Shown here piece after piece: positions 21,945 to 35,691 of a stretch of 64,000 nucleotides of DNA (within the stretch, counting starts at the first letter, position 1; each line of letters opens with the position of its first letter). The position numbers were made by a program, and so were the translations under genes. The DNA is from an uncultured Phycisphaerae bacterium (GTDB lineage Bacteria; Planctomycetota; Phycisphaerae; Sedimentisphaerales; Anaerobacaceae): assembly GCA_963726475.1 (NCBI GenBank), contig CAVSCO010000052.1, positions 588-64,587 of the forward strand. Direction: 5' to 3'. The notes under the pieces are model-generated. The model saw only the letters and a program-made list of their open reading frames with translations. It was not told the origin of the DNA and did not search any database.

Positions 21945-23780
21945 TTACTTCGCTAATGTATCGGCAGCCGCCTGTTGAAATGCCTGACGGACACCGCTGG
22001 CATCACTGTTTGGGAAGTTCGATCGCTGCACCATGAGGACATAGGCGACACCACGGACGGGGTCGATCCACGCCTGAGTGCCCCAAGCTCCGCCATGGCC
22101 AAACGTACCGGGCGAGAGCATGGCCGCAACCCCCTCGTGCGGCTTGCGCAAGACGCACGTGCCGATTCCCCAGCCGTAGTTGGCGCCGTGATTGCCGAAA
22201 TTGGTCGACTGGAAGAAACCACAGGGCAACGCGCCAGTCTGAACGGCGGTAAGCAGCTTCATCGCGGCCGGACTGAGATAGCGTTTGCCATCCAGTACGC
22301 CTCCGCCGAGCAGCATTTGGCAAAACCGCGCGTAGTCGGGCCCCGTGGAGTACAGTCCACCATTACCGAGCGGAGGATGCCCCGAGACACCATAGCCCGC
22401 ACGTGGAGGCACAGGCTCGAGGGCGCCTGTGGCCCGATTCTTCGCATAGGCCGTGACAATGGTTCCCTTTGCAGGATAGAAAGTCGTATTCTTCATGCCC
22501 AGCGGATCGAGAATGCGCTGCTGAACGAACGTGTCGAAAGACAAACCACTGACCACCTCGACGATTCGCGCGGCCAAATTGATGCCCGATTGCGTGTATT
22601 GCCATTTCGCGCCAGGCTCATACTGCATCGGCACCGCCAGATAGAGCGGGACCAGGTCGGAGAGCGTGCGAGCGTCGCGAGCCTCGTCGCGAGGTGCTTC
22701 CCCCAGACCCGAGGTATGCGTGAGGATCTGCGTGAGGGTGAGATTGGCGGGTTTGCCCGAAGGGGTCTTCAGATCGGCGAAAGCTGCAATGTATTTCGCG
22801 ACAGGATCGGCCACGTTGAGCTTGCCTTCGTCCTGGAGCATCATGACAGCTACTGCCGTAACCGGTTTGGTCATCGAGGCAATCCAGAAACGCGAGTCGG
22901 GTCGCATCGGTGCTCCACTCGCGATATCGGCAAGTCCATGTGTCTGGCAATGCAGAACCTTGTCCTTCGTCACGACAACCGTCACGGCTCCGGATATCTC
23001 GTGTGCGGCAATGGCAGCCTGCATCGCCTCATCGATACCTGCCAATTGCGGCCTGTTTTCAATCGCATCGCCAATGATCCTGGCCATCAGCCCCGCCCCC
23101 TCGGCATTCGGGTGTATGTTGTCGGCAAACCACGCTTGCTTACCCAGGAAAGGCGTGTGGAGGTCGATCACCTCGCAGCCTGTCTCCGCCGCAACCTGAC
23201 GCAGAATGGGAGTCAGTTCCTTCGTGATCACCTCGTCGTTGATTCCCCACATCGTCTTGAAGGCCGGCATAGGCAGACAGACCAGCACCCGTGGCCGAGC
23301 GGGCAGCGTTTGAAACGACTCGATCATCGCCCGCGCATCGGCTGCGAACCGATGCTTGTACTTCCAGTTCTGGGGCTTGCTGTCGTTGCCGCCCAGGTCG
23401 ATAACGACGATATCCGGATTGAACGCCAGCGCTTGCTGATAAGCCCTATCGTTCCAGTAGGGGAAATCGCCGTGCTTGAGCATGGTGCGCCCGTTGACCC
23501 CGTAGTTGCGCACGTCGTACCCCTCGCCCAGGAGGTCCTGCATCTGCGCCGGATAGCAGTTCTTCTGCCGATCTGCAATACCGGCCCCAAAGGTGATGCT
23601 GGCACCGACACAGGCGACCCGCACCTTTGCGACGGACGCCGTTTCAGGCGTGCTCGCTTCGCCGGAGACGGAGCCGCCCCACCCCTGCGTCCAGAAAGCT
23701 AGAACCATCCAGATGAGAAACCTCGCTCGCCCCGGGAATTGGCAACATCGGCCTGCCCCTGCCTGTGACCCAATGTTCAT
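21945..23780 (-). CDS. Fusion: SGNH/GDSL esterase + serine hydrolase (class C beta-lactamase fold)
   Basis: ACVGASIT...GVNG...LGGND...DNIHPN then IASMTK (SxxK), LTHTSG, WQY, HGG. Confidence 0.85.
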   Translation of the reverse strand: MNIGSQAGAGRCCQFPGRARFLIWMVLAFWTQGWGGSVSGEASTPETASVAKVRVACVGASITFGAGIADRQKNCYPAQMQDLLGEGYDVRNYGVNGRTMLKHGDFPYWNDRAYQQALAFNPDIVVIDLGGNDSKPQNWKYKHRFAADARAMIESFQTLPARPRVLVCLPMPAFKTMWGINDEVITKELTPILRQVAAETGCEVIDLHTPFLGKQAWFADNIHPNAEGAGLMARIIGDAIENRPQLAGIDEAMQAAIAAHEISGAVTVVVTKDKVLHCQTHGLADIASGAPMRPDSRFWIASMTKPVTAVAVMMLQDEGKLNVADPVAKYIAAFADLKTPSGKPANLTLTQILTHTSGLGEAPRDEARDARTLSDLVPLYLAVPMQYEPGAKWQYTQSGINLAARIVEVVSGLSFDTFVQQRILDPLGMKNTTFYPAKGTIVTAYAKNRATGALEPVPPRAGYGVSGHPPLGNGGLYSTGPDYARFCQMLLGGGVLDGKRYLSPAAMKLLTAVQTGALPCGFFQSTNFGNHGANYGWGIGTCVLRKPHEGVAAMLSPGTFGHGGAWGTQAWIDPVRGVAYVLMVQRSNFPNSDASGVRQAFQQAAADTLAK

Positions 23781-24059
23781 GGTCTTCTCTCCGCCAACTG
23801 CTGATACCATCGTCCGACCCTCCCAAGAGGAACACGAGTTCGGATAGCATCATCTATCGTACGGCCCCGGCCGGGCGATGTCTACCGATTCCGTCACCGT
23901 GGAAGGCCTCGTCATGGGAGACACGGATTGTCGGTGCGTTGGCGAAATGTGGGCAAGTGGTGGGACGAAACATCTGGGGGACATCCAAAGTCTCGGAAGA
24001 GCGGGTGTGGTCGACCGCCTCCAAAACCTGCACTGCGGGTTGTAGCCCCCCCCACGCCA

Positions 24060-24632
24060 CTACAGGCTGCGCCATGAGACGGGAAACGTGTCGACTTCGA
24101 GCGGTTGGGCCTTATCGATCAGCCATCGTCCGCCCGGTCGTTTGATCAGATGGAGCCGGACCTTGACCAGGGCAACCGCCTTGTATTGTCTGGCGATGCG
24201 GCTGCCTTCATCGAATCGGAAGAATAGGTTCAACACCACCTTGGCCTCATTGCCCGCCAGTTCCACCTCGTCGCTGCGCAACTTGACCACTTCCACGGTC
24301 GGCTCATCGAACACCTGCCGACAATGGGCCAGCAATTGCTCGCGCGTCCCGTGCCGTGAGTCCTGATAGCCCGGCGCGATCGTCTCTGCCACGGCGGCGC
24401 AGTCTTCGGCTTGAACCGCTTTCAGCAAGGCGTCGACGGTTCCACGAATCTTCTCCTGGTCGGTCGCGACCAGAGCATCGAGTCCGAACGCAAGTCCCGC
24501 GATAGCCAGAGGCACGAGCCAGTGCCACCAGCGTCGTTTCTCCGGACAGAAGCTACGATAGGTCAGGAAACCGAACAGAACCAGGACGGCTGCTCCCAAC
24601 AGCGTCCAGGGTTGCTCAAAGAAGTCGAACAT
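24060..24632 (-). CDS. Membrane-anchored NTF2/SnoaL-like hypothetical protein
   Basis: Two N-terminal TMs then helix plus beta-strand pattern ending W-L-I. Confidence 0.6.
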   Translation of the reverse strand: MFDFFEQPWTLLGAAVLVLFGFLTYRSFCPEKRRWWHWLVPLAIAGLAFGLDALVATDQEKIRGTVDALLKAVQAEDCAAVAETIAPGYQDSRHGTREQLLAHCRQVFDEPTVEVVKLRSDEVELAGNEAKVVLNLFFRFDEGSRIARQYKAVALVKVRLHLIKRPGGRWLIDKAQPLEVDTFPVSWRSL

Positions 24633-24767
24633 CCTCTCGTCTCTCTTTGGGTCGCACGAAGGCCCACGATGCCACGAGGCACAAGAAGCCTCCGCCTACA
24701 CAGGTCATTGTAGATGAACCGCGACTCAGTGACAAGGAGCAAGTGGGGAAGCGTGGTGGAAGTGAAG

Positions 24768-24796
24768 CCGGCCTCAGGAAGGGATCCTGAGGCCGG
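24768..24796. terminator. 12-bp stem hairpin downstream of the DUF1559 gene
   Basis: CCGGCCTCAGGA-AGGGA-TCCTGAGGCCGG. Confidence 0.6.
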
Positions 24797-24832
24797 TGAA
24801 AGATGCTCAAATCAGGGTACTGTCCCGGACGA

Positions 24833-25603
<771 letters not shown>

Positions 25604-25942
25604 CGATACCCACGTCGTTTCTTTGTCACATCCCTGGACACCTGTTCGTCGTCTGTCTACCCCCTCAGATGCGGTTCACTCGCCTCCTGTTCCCTGCTCT
25701 CCAGCGATTACCGGATATCAAATGCGCCGAAGCTCCAGGCAAAACGCTCATTGAACTGTCAGATAAACACGTTGAACCGCCGACCCTGCCGCCAGCCAGA
25801 GAACCCCACGACGCGATCACCCTGAGGACGGGCGTGCGATCCACGTTATTATAACATGTTTCGCAGCAGGGGTCCACGTCCTTGCCCATATCACCAGCCG
25901 TCCGATGCATCCGCGAAGCCGCCGACCGGCGGTTTGGGCGGA

Positions 25943-25968
25943 ATATCACACGTGTGATATAACGTTAG
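25943..25968. promoter_or_regulatory. Perfect 18-bp palindrome ATATCACACGTGTGATAT plus adjoining TAACGTTA; candidate operator
   Basis: In the intergenic region upstream of the DUF1559 gene, about 30 nt downstream of a minus-strand TTGACA (25996-25991). Confidence 0.6.
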
Positions 25969-26140
25969 ATTTATCAAAAATCCTAATGGGTGTCAAGGCA
26001 ATTCCCTCTTGACGGCGAAAAAGCCCCCCTCTTGACCCTCTGGAGGCTGATTTGCGGATTCTTTTTCTCGGACTCGGCCACCGAGGGAAATCCGCGCGCC
26101 AGCCCCCCCTGCCCCGCTGGCTCAAGAGCTCAATCGTCCG

Positions 26141-29100
26141 TCAATCCACCATACCGGGATTGGGATCGGCCGCCCGCCAGTTGGCGGGATCGTTGCCATA
26201 CGCCGTCGGATCGATCCGGTGCAAAGAGCGCCCCTGCCCATCCGCCTGCGCCGGCCAGAGATCGAGACCTCCCGCCGCCTCGCCCGGATGCAGTCCATCG
26301 CTGTAGACGATACGGTCCAGGGCAATCCGCGCAGCGTCTGCGCCGCCCGGTTTACCAAGTTCGATCTCCTCCTCGGTGTCGGACAATCCGCCCGCACCCC
26401 AGGTAACGAACGGAACATCAGACGGATAGCCGTAGGCGACGGTGAACGCAATCAGGTCCTTCGCCAGAATCAGACACTGCCCCGGAAGGAGCGTCACCGG
26501 CTCGTCGCTCGGCAGCGGGCATTCGATCGGCGGATTGTCGGGGCCGTCACTGAACTGCCAGGGGCCCCCGAAAACCCCATCGTAAAGGGTAACCGGTGCA
26601 TCGCTGATGTTGAGCAGCTCGACGTACTCGGCCCCAGGCAGAACGGTCGGATGGTACATGATCTCGTTGATCACGACCGGCCCGACCTTGGGACCGGCGT
26701 TGGCCGCACCGGGTGTCGGAACGCTCAGGGGTACAAAATCGTAGCCGCCGTCGCTTCGGAGATACCGGCCCATCGAGACCCCGCCTTCGGATGCGTCGAA
26801 CTTCTGCCGCACGCTGTAGCCTGTGAGGACACCGCCATCGCCCGAATGCAGATAGAGCGTTTCGCCGTTCCGGCTGAGCCCGAACGGATCGTGGCATCCC
26901 GGATCGTTGGCATCACCAAACGTCTCCTCCTCGCGGAGCAGCAGATACCCGCCTGCGGGAATGACCGTTCCGCCGGTAATCTCATACTTGAGAAGATTGT
27001 CCGCATCGTCGCTAAGGAACCAGCCGCCAACGTTGACCGGTCCGTCGGTTGTGTTCTGCACTTCGATCCAGTCCAGCGCCGGCCGTGGGGTTGGCGAGAA
27101 TCTCGTTGATGACCACCGTGCCCAACCCAGGGACAATACCCGTATCGTCATAGCCTGGTGAACCGCCCGACTCGGCGCTGGGCCGCCAGGCGTCCTTTTC
27201 GCCAAGCGCATCGGCGTCCGTCGCGGCCGGCGTTCTGACCGTCAACGAAAAACCCTGTCCATCGGTGATATCGTACCAGCCATCGCGGTAACGGAAGCTG
27301 TGGATGACCTGGCCTGCCGCGTCGCACAGATCGAGTCGCTCGCCCGCATTGTCAAGGCTGCCCGTGTACTGCCCGACGATGGGCATCCCCGCCCCGTAGA
27401 TCGCTTCGAAAGCCGCGATATCCTTGACCACAAGGACATATTGGCCTGGCTCTAGCTCGACGCTGGGGAAGGTGAAATCGATCCCTCGGTTGAACCGTAC
27501 GAGGTTCAGGTTGATCGTCTCGCTGCCCACATTGGTCAACTCGACGTATTCAAGATTCGGATCGATCGGGTGATACATGATCTCACTGATCCGCAGATTC
27601 CCGGCAACCGGGCCGACCGCAAAGACCACGTCGGCTAGTGCGCTCCAGGTCGTCCCATTGAGAGTCCGCGCTTTGACCGGCGTGCTCATATCAAAGGCAA
27701 CCGGTTCGGTGTAACGGATGGCCGTCGACGACACACCTCCCGGCGTACCGCTGACGCCCCCTTTGTTTGCCGTCAGTTCGACGGAGATCAGGAAATCGGA
27801 ACTGGTGGCGCCCGCATTCAATCCCTGGATAGCGAGAATATTCTGTCCAGGTCGAATCGCAGCAACCGCCTGCGACGCGTCGAACGTCTCGAAATCGACG
27901 GCGTCGAGGTCTGAGTGATTGTCTGTCGCACCGGAGTTCCAGGCCGGCTCGCCATTGAACATGACGCGGCAGGCCTCGACACCGTTGATGTAGGCGACGA
28001 AACCATCGTCGTAGCGAGCCCTCAAAGTCAGCGACGACAGGTCGTTGAAGTCGGCCTCATCCACCTCGAACGGAACTCGAATGTAGCAGCTCGGATTGAC
28101 GGCGTACATTGTATCGAGGACGTCGATCTGGAAGAACGGCTCATAGCCAGTGCTGCGCTCGTACCCGACACCTCCGACGCCACCGACCCACTGAGAGTCG
28201 TCAAAGTTCGGCTCGCTCTTCCAGGCATCATCCATCGGCCCGGTCGGCACGATCACGCGCTCGGGCGCCTGCTCGGAAAGCAACGTCACTTCGGTGCCCG
28301 AGCCCCCTGCTGTACCGGGCACACGCGGATCCGTTCCGTCGATCGTGTACCAGATCTCTCCCGTTGGCACGTCCATCGAGACCGCATCGTCTTCGTCGAT
28401 GTGCCCGCCGTACTGCGATTGACCGTTCACCTCAAGTTCCGGTGGCACAACGGTTGGATACCATCCCTGCGTTCGAAACTGATTCATCACGACATTGGTT
28501 CGAGCGGGGAAGTAGTTCTGGAGCATCCCGTTGATATCGGGCAGCCAGTCGTCATCTCGTGTGCGAGGTTTCGACCGTTTGGAATCGCCCCACCGCGCTG
28601 ATTCGGCGACGATCGCCAGATCGATCTGCTCGGCGCGAGCGGAGAATCGAGCGGCACAGGCCTCGGGGCTCAGTACCCCGCCATTGAAGAAACGCTTGTA
28701 GATGCGGTCGGCGAAGCGCATCCGATACTCCGGATGCTCCATGAGCTGGATGTGCATCCATAGCGGATTGGACTGGTTGAAGCGTTCTCCGACCGAGGTC
28801 GTCGTTGATGCGAACAAGCGTGACTCGTTGAGATTGTCGAGCGAATGCTCGGCATCGTGCCTGAAGAATTTGAATCCGTCGGGATTCGTTCGGTTATAGA
28901 TACCGTAGAAGTTGTTGGCCACGCGAGCCCACGCGCTGACAGGCCCATCGGGGTCGCCCACATAGTAGGTGCAGAGCATATAGTCGATAAGGTTGTCGAT
29001 GTCGAGCAGTCTCTCATAATCGGGGTTGGGTGTGCCGTTTGGATTGAGACCCTGGACACGATAGTAGGTCTCGTCGTTGTCGAATCCGGACTTGGCGGCA

Positions 29101-30661
29101 TCCCAGAGCCGTCGCCAGGCGTCGAGCGTTCCGTCGGTCGCTTCGATATCGTACCCCCGTTGCCGGCGCGGGACTTGATCACATCGTAGTCTTCCTTTTC
29201 CGGCCCGAAGTAGGTCTCCGCGTAAGACGCTTCCGAGCGTTCCTGAGTCTGGTAGAGCCCCCAGTACTGCCCGTTGATGTACAGGTGGTAGTAGCGGCTC
29301 CGGGTATAGGGACGATCCATGTCGCGCTGGGTGTCACGAGAGAAGACCTCGCGTACGAACGTGTCGTGACTGTTGCTGTTGCCTCCTTCGTAACTCCAGG
29401 AGTAGTTCTGGCTGGTCCGCAGATCGACCGCGTCGAACTCCTCGGCACCTTCGTCGTCAAACAAAGGGAATTCCAGTTTGCCCTTTCCGTATTCGGCCCG
29501 GAAGAACAGGCGGAGTGCGTGTTTGGGATTGCTGCCACTGCGGCTGTATCCGCCGCGAATGCGCAGCCCGGCGTCGATCTGAAACCCGTCGCTGCCGTTG
29601 GGATCGAGCAATTCGACGGAAGCAGGCCGCTCCCAACCCAGGCCCTGGGCACGGGCGTTCACATAGATGCCCGTCTGGGGGTCAAACAGGTTGTCCACGT
29701 CCGTCACCAGCGAGATCGAGGGAATCGCCAGCAGCGCATCGTCCATCAGCTCCTTGTATCGTGTGTCATTGACGACATCCGGATCCATCCCATAGTCAAT
29801 CACCTGGCCATTCACGCTGCTGGAAGGCCAGTCCGGACCCGGACGCTCGCGATTGGGCGACTGGATGACGACATCTTCAAGGAAGAGATAGGTGTTCGTC
29901 TCGATGGGCGACGCTCTCCATCCGGAGCGTGTCGCCGCGGCTCGCAAGCAGGTTGTCTTGGCGATCCGCAGAGGTCCCTGGTAGAGCAACGCCCCGGAGC
30001 CCACCTGCCCACGATCGGCTGCGACGGGGTCGCTTCCGTCGGTCGTGTAGTAGATCTCCGCATCCTCCGTGGCGCACGTGATGCTCACATCGATCGGCGC
30101 ATCGTAGAACGCGCGCGTCCGACTAAATTGGGGCCTCGCAACGATTCCTTCGTAGCCTCTGATGTTCTCTCGGCCGGGGGTCGGGTAGCCCATCGGAGAC
30201 CAGGGACCTGTCCCATCCGGATATCGACCGTACGAATCGTCGAGGATCTGCTCTCCGAAGCGGACGGTATCGAGAAGTGTTACACCGTCAGCGTCGTAGA
30301 GCGAGACCTGCTCGCCCGACGAGCTGAGCGAAAACGACGCGTGGAGCCCAGCGTCGTCTACGTCGTTGTCCGCCCAGATCACCAGATACCCCTTGCCCGA
30401 GATGGTTGTGCCGTCAGGGATTCGCCAGCGCATGGGTTCGTCGGCGTCGTCCGTCAGATACAGTCCCCCCACGTCAACAGTGACGTCGGTGGTATTGTAG
30501 AGCTCGATCCAGTCCTCGAACTCGCCCTGTGGGTCCTGGGCCCCCTGCCCGTTCGAAGCCAGCAGTTCGTTGATAACGACCGGCGAGTCTGCCTGCGTCG
30601 CGACGGCCAGCAGCGATGTCATCATCGCCGCTGTCATGAAGATTCTGAGAAAGTCAACCAT
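26141..30661 (-). CDS. Secreted lamin-tail-domain/CotH-kinase protein, paralog 1 (frameshifts near 29156 and 27076)
   Basis: VVINELLASN...DWIELYN (LTD); IYYTTDGSDP; ERPASVE, LRIRGG, YINGQYWGLY, NNFY, HDAE (CotH); further LTDs ISEIMYHP; three ORFs join. Confidence 0.85.
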
Positions 30662-30736
30662 GTTGGCTCCCAATGTCTGAGGACAGTGCGTTTTGTGTAG
30701 GGCCGTCTTCTTCTCCTGCCGAGACATGCCCTGTGG

Positions 30737-33700
30737 CTAACGGACTCCGGGACTCGGTGTTGCCGCCTGCCAGTTGACAGGATCGTTCCCGTACGTCGCA
30801 GCATCGATTCGGTGCAGTGACAAGCCTTGTCCGTCGGCTTCGGTCGGCCAGGGGTCGACGCCCTCGGGAAAATCTGCGGCGTGCGATCCATCGCTGTACA
30901 CGACGCGGTCGACGCGAATCCAGGCGGCAACTGCGCCATCGTCGACGTCGGCCGGCCGGCTAATCTGAACCTTCTCGCTGCCGTTTGACAGCTTGCCAGG
31001 CCCCCAGGCGAACACTTGAACGCCTTCGGGCACGGTGTGACTGAGGCCGAAGCCAAGCAGGTCTTTGACCAGCAGTAGACACTCGCCCGGCGCCAGCGTT
31101 ACGGGCGTCTCACTCGGGAAGAGCAACTCAATCCCCGGGTTGTCGGGGTCATCGGTGAATCGCCATGGGGCATCCAATATCGCGTCGTATAGCGCAGCCG
31201 GCTCGCTGCCCGCGTTGAGCAGTTCGACGTACTCGGCCTGGTCCGGAGCGGCCGGGTTGTACATGATCTCGTTGATCACGACGGAATTGACTTTCGGGGC
31301 CGCATTCGCCGCGTCTGGGGTCGGAGTACTCAGCGGCACGAAGTTGTAGGCCCCCGTGCTCTTGCGATAGCGTCCCAGAGATACGCCCGCCTCCGACGCG
31401 TCGAAGCTCTCCTGCTCCACGTAGCCCGTCAAGACGCCATCGAGGCCCGAATGCAGCCGCAGTGTCTCTCCGTTGCGACTCAGCGCGAACGGCTCATGAG
31501 CACCAGGCGCGCCGGCGTTGCCAAAGTGCTCATCTTCGTTGAACACGACGTATCCGCCCGCCACGATCACCGTCCCATCGGGGATTTCGTATTTCATCAG
31601 GTTCTGTGCACCATCAGAGGAAGGATCAGGCCCCTCGTCGCTGAGGAACCAGCCACTGATATCGATCGGCTGATCCGTAGTGTTGTACAATTCGATCCAG
31701 TCGGGCCGACCCGCGTCGGAGTTGGCCAGCAACTCATTGATCACCACCGAACCCAGGGGAATCGCCTGATCCGAATCGTCGTAGCCCGGGGAGCCGCCGG
31801 CGCGGGCACTGGGCCGCCAGAGGCTCTTGTCTCCAGCCGCCATCGGATCGGCAGAGGCCACGTCTCTGACCGTCAGCGAGAAGTCCAGACCGTCGGTGAT
31901 ATCGAACCAGCCATCCCTGAAGCGGAAATCGCAGATGACCTGACCGGCGGCATCCTGCAACTCGATGCGCTCGCCCGCGTTGGCGAGGTTGCCCGAATAC
32001 TGACCGACAACGTCGTCTGAGCCACCATACCGAGCCTCGAAGGCGCTGAGGTCTCTGACTATCACCACGTACTGTCCGGGTGATAGATCCATGCTGGGGA
32101 ACGTGAAATCGATTCCGTCGGTGAACTGCACGAGATTTAGATTGATGGGCTCGGTGCCGACATTCGTCAGCTCGATGTATTCCGCGTTCGGATCGGTCGG
32201 ATGATACATGATCTCACTGATTCGAAGGCTCTGCTGAACCGGACCGGCAGAATACACCGCCTCGTTCAGGGCACTCCAGGTCGAGCCGCTGAGCAACCGA
32301 GCCTTGACCGACGTGCTCTCTTCCAGCGTCACCGCGTCGGTATACGCGCACGGCGGTCGGCGAAACGCCCGTCTCCGATCCACCTGCAGCCCCCTTGCCT
32401 GCCGTCAGTTCCACCGAGATCAGGAAGTCCGAACTGGTCGATCCCGCGTTGAGCCCCTGGATGGCAAGAATGTTCTGGCCCGGACGAAGGGCACCGACGA
32501 CGCCCGAGATATTGAAGGTGTCGAATTCGACGGCGTCGAGGTCCGAATGGTTGCTGTTGGCGCCGGAGTTCCAGGCGGGCTCACCGTCAAAGAGAATGCG
32601 AAAGGCCTCCACGCCGTTGAGATAGGCGATAAATCCATCGTCATATCGCGCCTTCAACGTCAACGAGGTCAGCTCATCATAGTCTTCAGGTGACACGTTG
32701 AACGGAATTCGGATGTAGCAGCTTTCGTTACGGCCATACATCGTGTCCGTCACATCGATCTGGAAGAACGGCTCGTACCCCGTGCTGCGCTCGTATCCGA
32801 CGCCGCCAGTGCCCGTGATCCAGTCCGAGTCGTCGAAGTCCGCCCCACCCCGCCAGGCGTCATCGATCGGGCCGGTCGGCACCATCACACGCTTGGCCGC
32901 GTTCTCAGACACCAACGTCTGCACCTCGCTCGGCCCGCCCCCGGTGCCGGCCAGACGCGGATCGCTGCCATCGGTGGTGTACCAGATGTCACCGCCACTG
33001 GCCGTCATGGTCAGCGCCGCTCGCTCATCGACCTGGCCGCCTCGCTGGAAGGTGCCATCGATATAGAACTGAGGAGGCGAGACAGCGGGATAGAAACCGG
33101 CCTGTCTGAGTTGGTTCATCACGATGTCGGTACGAACGGGGAAATAGTCGTTCATCAGGCGATCCCGTTCACCAACCCACTCCACGTCGCGCGTGTAGGG
33201 ACGCGATCTGCGACTGTCGCCCCATCGGGCAGACTCGCCTACGATGGCCCGGTCGATCTCGTTGGCCCGCGTCATGTAGCGATCGATCGCCGCTTCGGGC
33301 GTGAGGGCTCCACCGTTGAAGAACCTCTCATAGATGTGATCGGCCATCAGCACGCGGAAGTCCTCGTTGCTCATGAGGCGGTCGACCAGATAATGGGGGT
33401 TGTTCTGCCCAACGATATGTACGCGATTGACGCTGGGCGACTCCAGACTCCACTCGACATCCCATGGCACGAAGATGAACGGTCCGGCTGGATCGCGCCG
33501 GCGCACGGCGTAGAAATTGCGGGGCTGGTTATCGTTGCACAGGAGCACCGGTGCATCCCGGCTGCCCACGTAGTAGATCATCAGCATGTAATCGATCATG
33601 GCGGGAATATCGACGTACTGCTGAATCTCATGATAGGCAGCCGTCGTGCTCAGATCGCCTCTGGCCAGGTCAAACAGTGTGTTCCAGGCGTTGAGATCCC

Positions 33701-35204
33701 CCGTCTTGACCTCCATGCTGCCGTCAGCGTACAGCACGTCGTAGTCTTCCTTCTCGCCCCCCAAGTGGTGGGCATAGAACCCGTCGTCGGGCCGTTCGAC
33801 GAAGATGAACATGCCCCAGTAGAGCCCATCGACATACCCATGAACGCCTCGACTGTGCGGTGCCAATCCCCCCATGTCCCGCACTGTGTCCCGGCAGAAC
33901 TCATCCCGCAAGTAATCCGCATGGTCAGTTCCGAGTCCGCTACAGGCGGTACTGTCGCCAAACCAGGAGTAGTTCCAGATCGACCGCAGGACCAGCGACT
34001 CGAAGTCCTCGACGTCGCTGTCGTGAAACAACGGGTATTCCAATTGCGAAGGGCCGTATTCGTTCTTAAATAGCATGCGAAGCGAGTGCTTCCCGACGCT
34101 GGTGCTCCGGCCGTATTGGCTGCCGTGAATCCGCAACCCGACGTTGACCTGAAAGTCTTCCCCATCGACCGGATCGATCCACTCGACCGAGGCGGCTCTC
34201 TCCCAGTTGACCCCATGGCCCGACAGATTGGCGTAGATGCCGCGTTGGGTCCCGAAGAAGTCCTCCTTGTCGATCACCACGCTCACTGAAGGAACGCTCT
34301 TGAGGTCGTCTTTGATCGTCGGGGCATACGCCGGATCGTTGACCACGCTCGGGTCCATCTCATAGTCCACGTGGGTCGAGCCCCACGTCGTCGGGAACGA
34401 CGAAGGATAAGGGGGCTGGGTTACGACGTTGTCGAGGAAGATGTAACTGTACGTGACGACCTCGGAAGGCTTCCATCCTTCCTTGTAGGCCATCACACGA
34501 AGACATGTGGTTCGCATGATGAGCAGAGGACCGGAGTAGACACTCCCCCCGGGAACATCGCGCACCTGCGAGAAGGGCTCGCTATCGTCGCGGGTATAGT
34601 GGATGGTCGCACCCGGCGTGTCGCAGGTAATCGTCACCTCGAATGGTGCGTCGTAGAAGCCCCGCTCGTAAGAGACCTTCGGTGGCGAGACGAACCCCTC
34701 GTAGACCACGACATTCTGCTGTCCCGGTGTGGGATACCCCAGAAGGCGAAAGTCCCCCGTTCCGTTGGGATAGCGTCCGAAGGACACGTCCGCCATCTGC
34801 GAGCCATAGGAGGCACGGTCGAGCCGGGTCTTTCCATCCGCCTCGAACAGACTGATCTCGTCGCCGTTGGCATTGAGCTTGAAATTCGCATGCAGTCCGC
34901 TATCAGCGGTATCCCCATCGGCCCAGACCAGCACATAGCCCTTCGACTCGATGGTGGTCCCGGCCGGAATCTGCCAGCGTGTGGGATTGTCAGGGTCATC
35001 TGTCAGATACATCCCGCCCACATCGACAGACGTTTCGGCTGTGTTGTACAGCTCGATCCAGTCGTCATGCTGCCCTTGAGCATCGGTCGCCCCCTGGCTG
35101 TTGGAAGCCAGCAATTCATTGATGACAACCGAGGATTGGGCCTGCGTCCCGCCCGCCAGCATCATCATGACCACGAGGACGAGGAGTCTCACGTCGTTGA
35201 TCAT
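30737..35204 (-). CDS. Secreted lamin-tail-domain/CotH-kinase protein, paralog 2 (frameshift near 32346)
   Basis: Same architecture; ERAASVE, LRIHGS, YVDGLYWGM, RNFY, WDVE; ORFs 32214-35372 and 30737-32383 join. Confidence 0.85.
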
Positions 35205-35628
35205 ATCGCCATCCGCCTTCGAATATGCCCTTTTCACTGCCCGCGAACATCTACAGGGTCCGTCTCCCAGCGACCCGATGGGTTCGCACCGTCTTGGCCC
35301 CTCCTGAAGACACGCTTGTCCGGCGCCTTCGAGGAGCCTGAGCCCACCGGCCTGAGCACAGCAAATCGGCATTTCTCCGCCGGCCCGCGATGGACAAGCT
35401 CCCTAACCGTATTCTAACACACCAGAACCCCCCAAGCAAGGCGACGAGGACCATATTCCTGTGCCACAGCCCACCCTCCAGCCCTGGAGACAGGGGGACC
35501 ATAACTGGCCACGTCGGGCCCCCGACATTCAGCCTCACCCATAATAGTCGGCACCCAGGTGACATGGTTTCTGTGTTTTTTTCAGGGTTTTGCCTTGGCA
35601 GCGGAGAACCGTCCGCCCCCCCTGGCAA

Positions 35629-35666
35629 TAAATAGACTTGCGAACCTATCTATTTAATCTGATAAT
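35629..35666 (+). promoter_or_regulatory. Sigma70-like promoter (TTGCGA-N17-GATAAT) overlapped by inverted repeat TAAATAGA-N12-TCTATTTA
   Basis: Directly upstream of the AAGGAG RBS and ATG 35692. Confidence 0.5.
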
Positions 35667-35691
35667 ACTTATCGTAATCCAAGGAGAATGC

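Noticed and set aside
21945-23050. Beta-lactam resistance gene
   Set aside because: The SxxK fold is shared with esterases; fusion to SGNH and the glycan context favour an esterase
27060-32360. Programmed frameshifting in the CotH paralogs
   Set aside because: The shifts are at non-equivalent positions in the two paralogs and lack slippery heptamers
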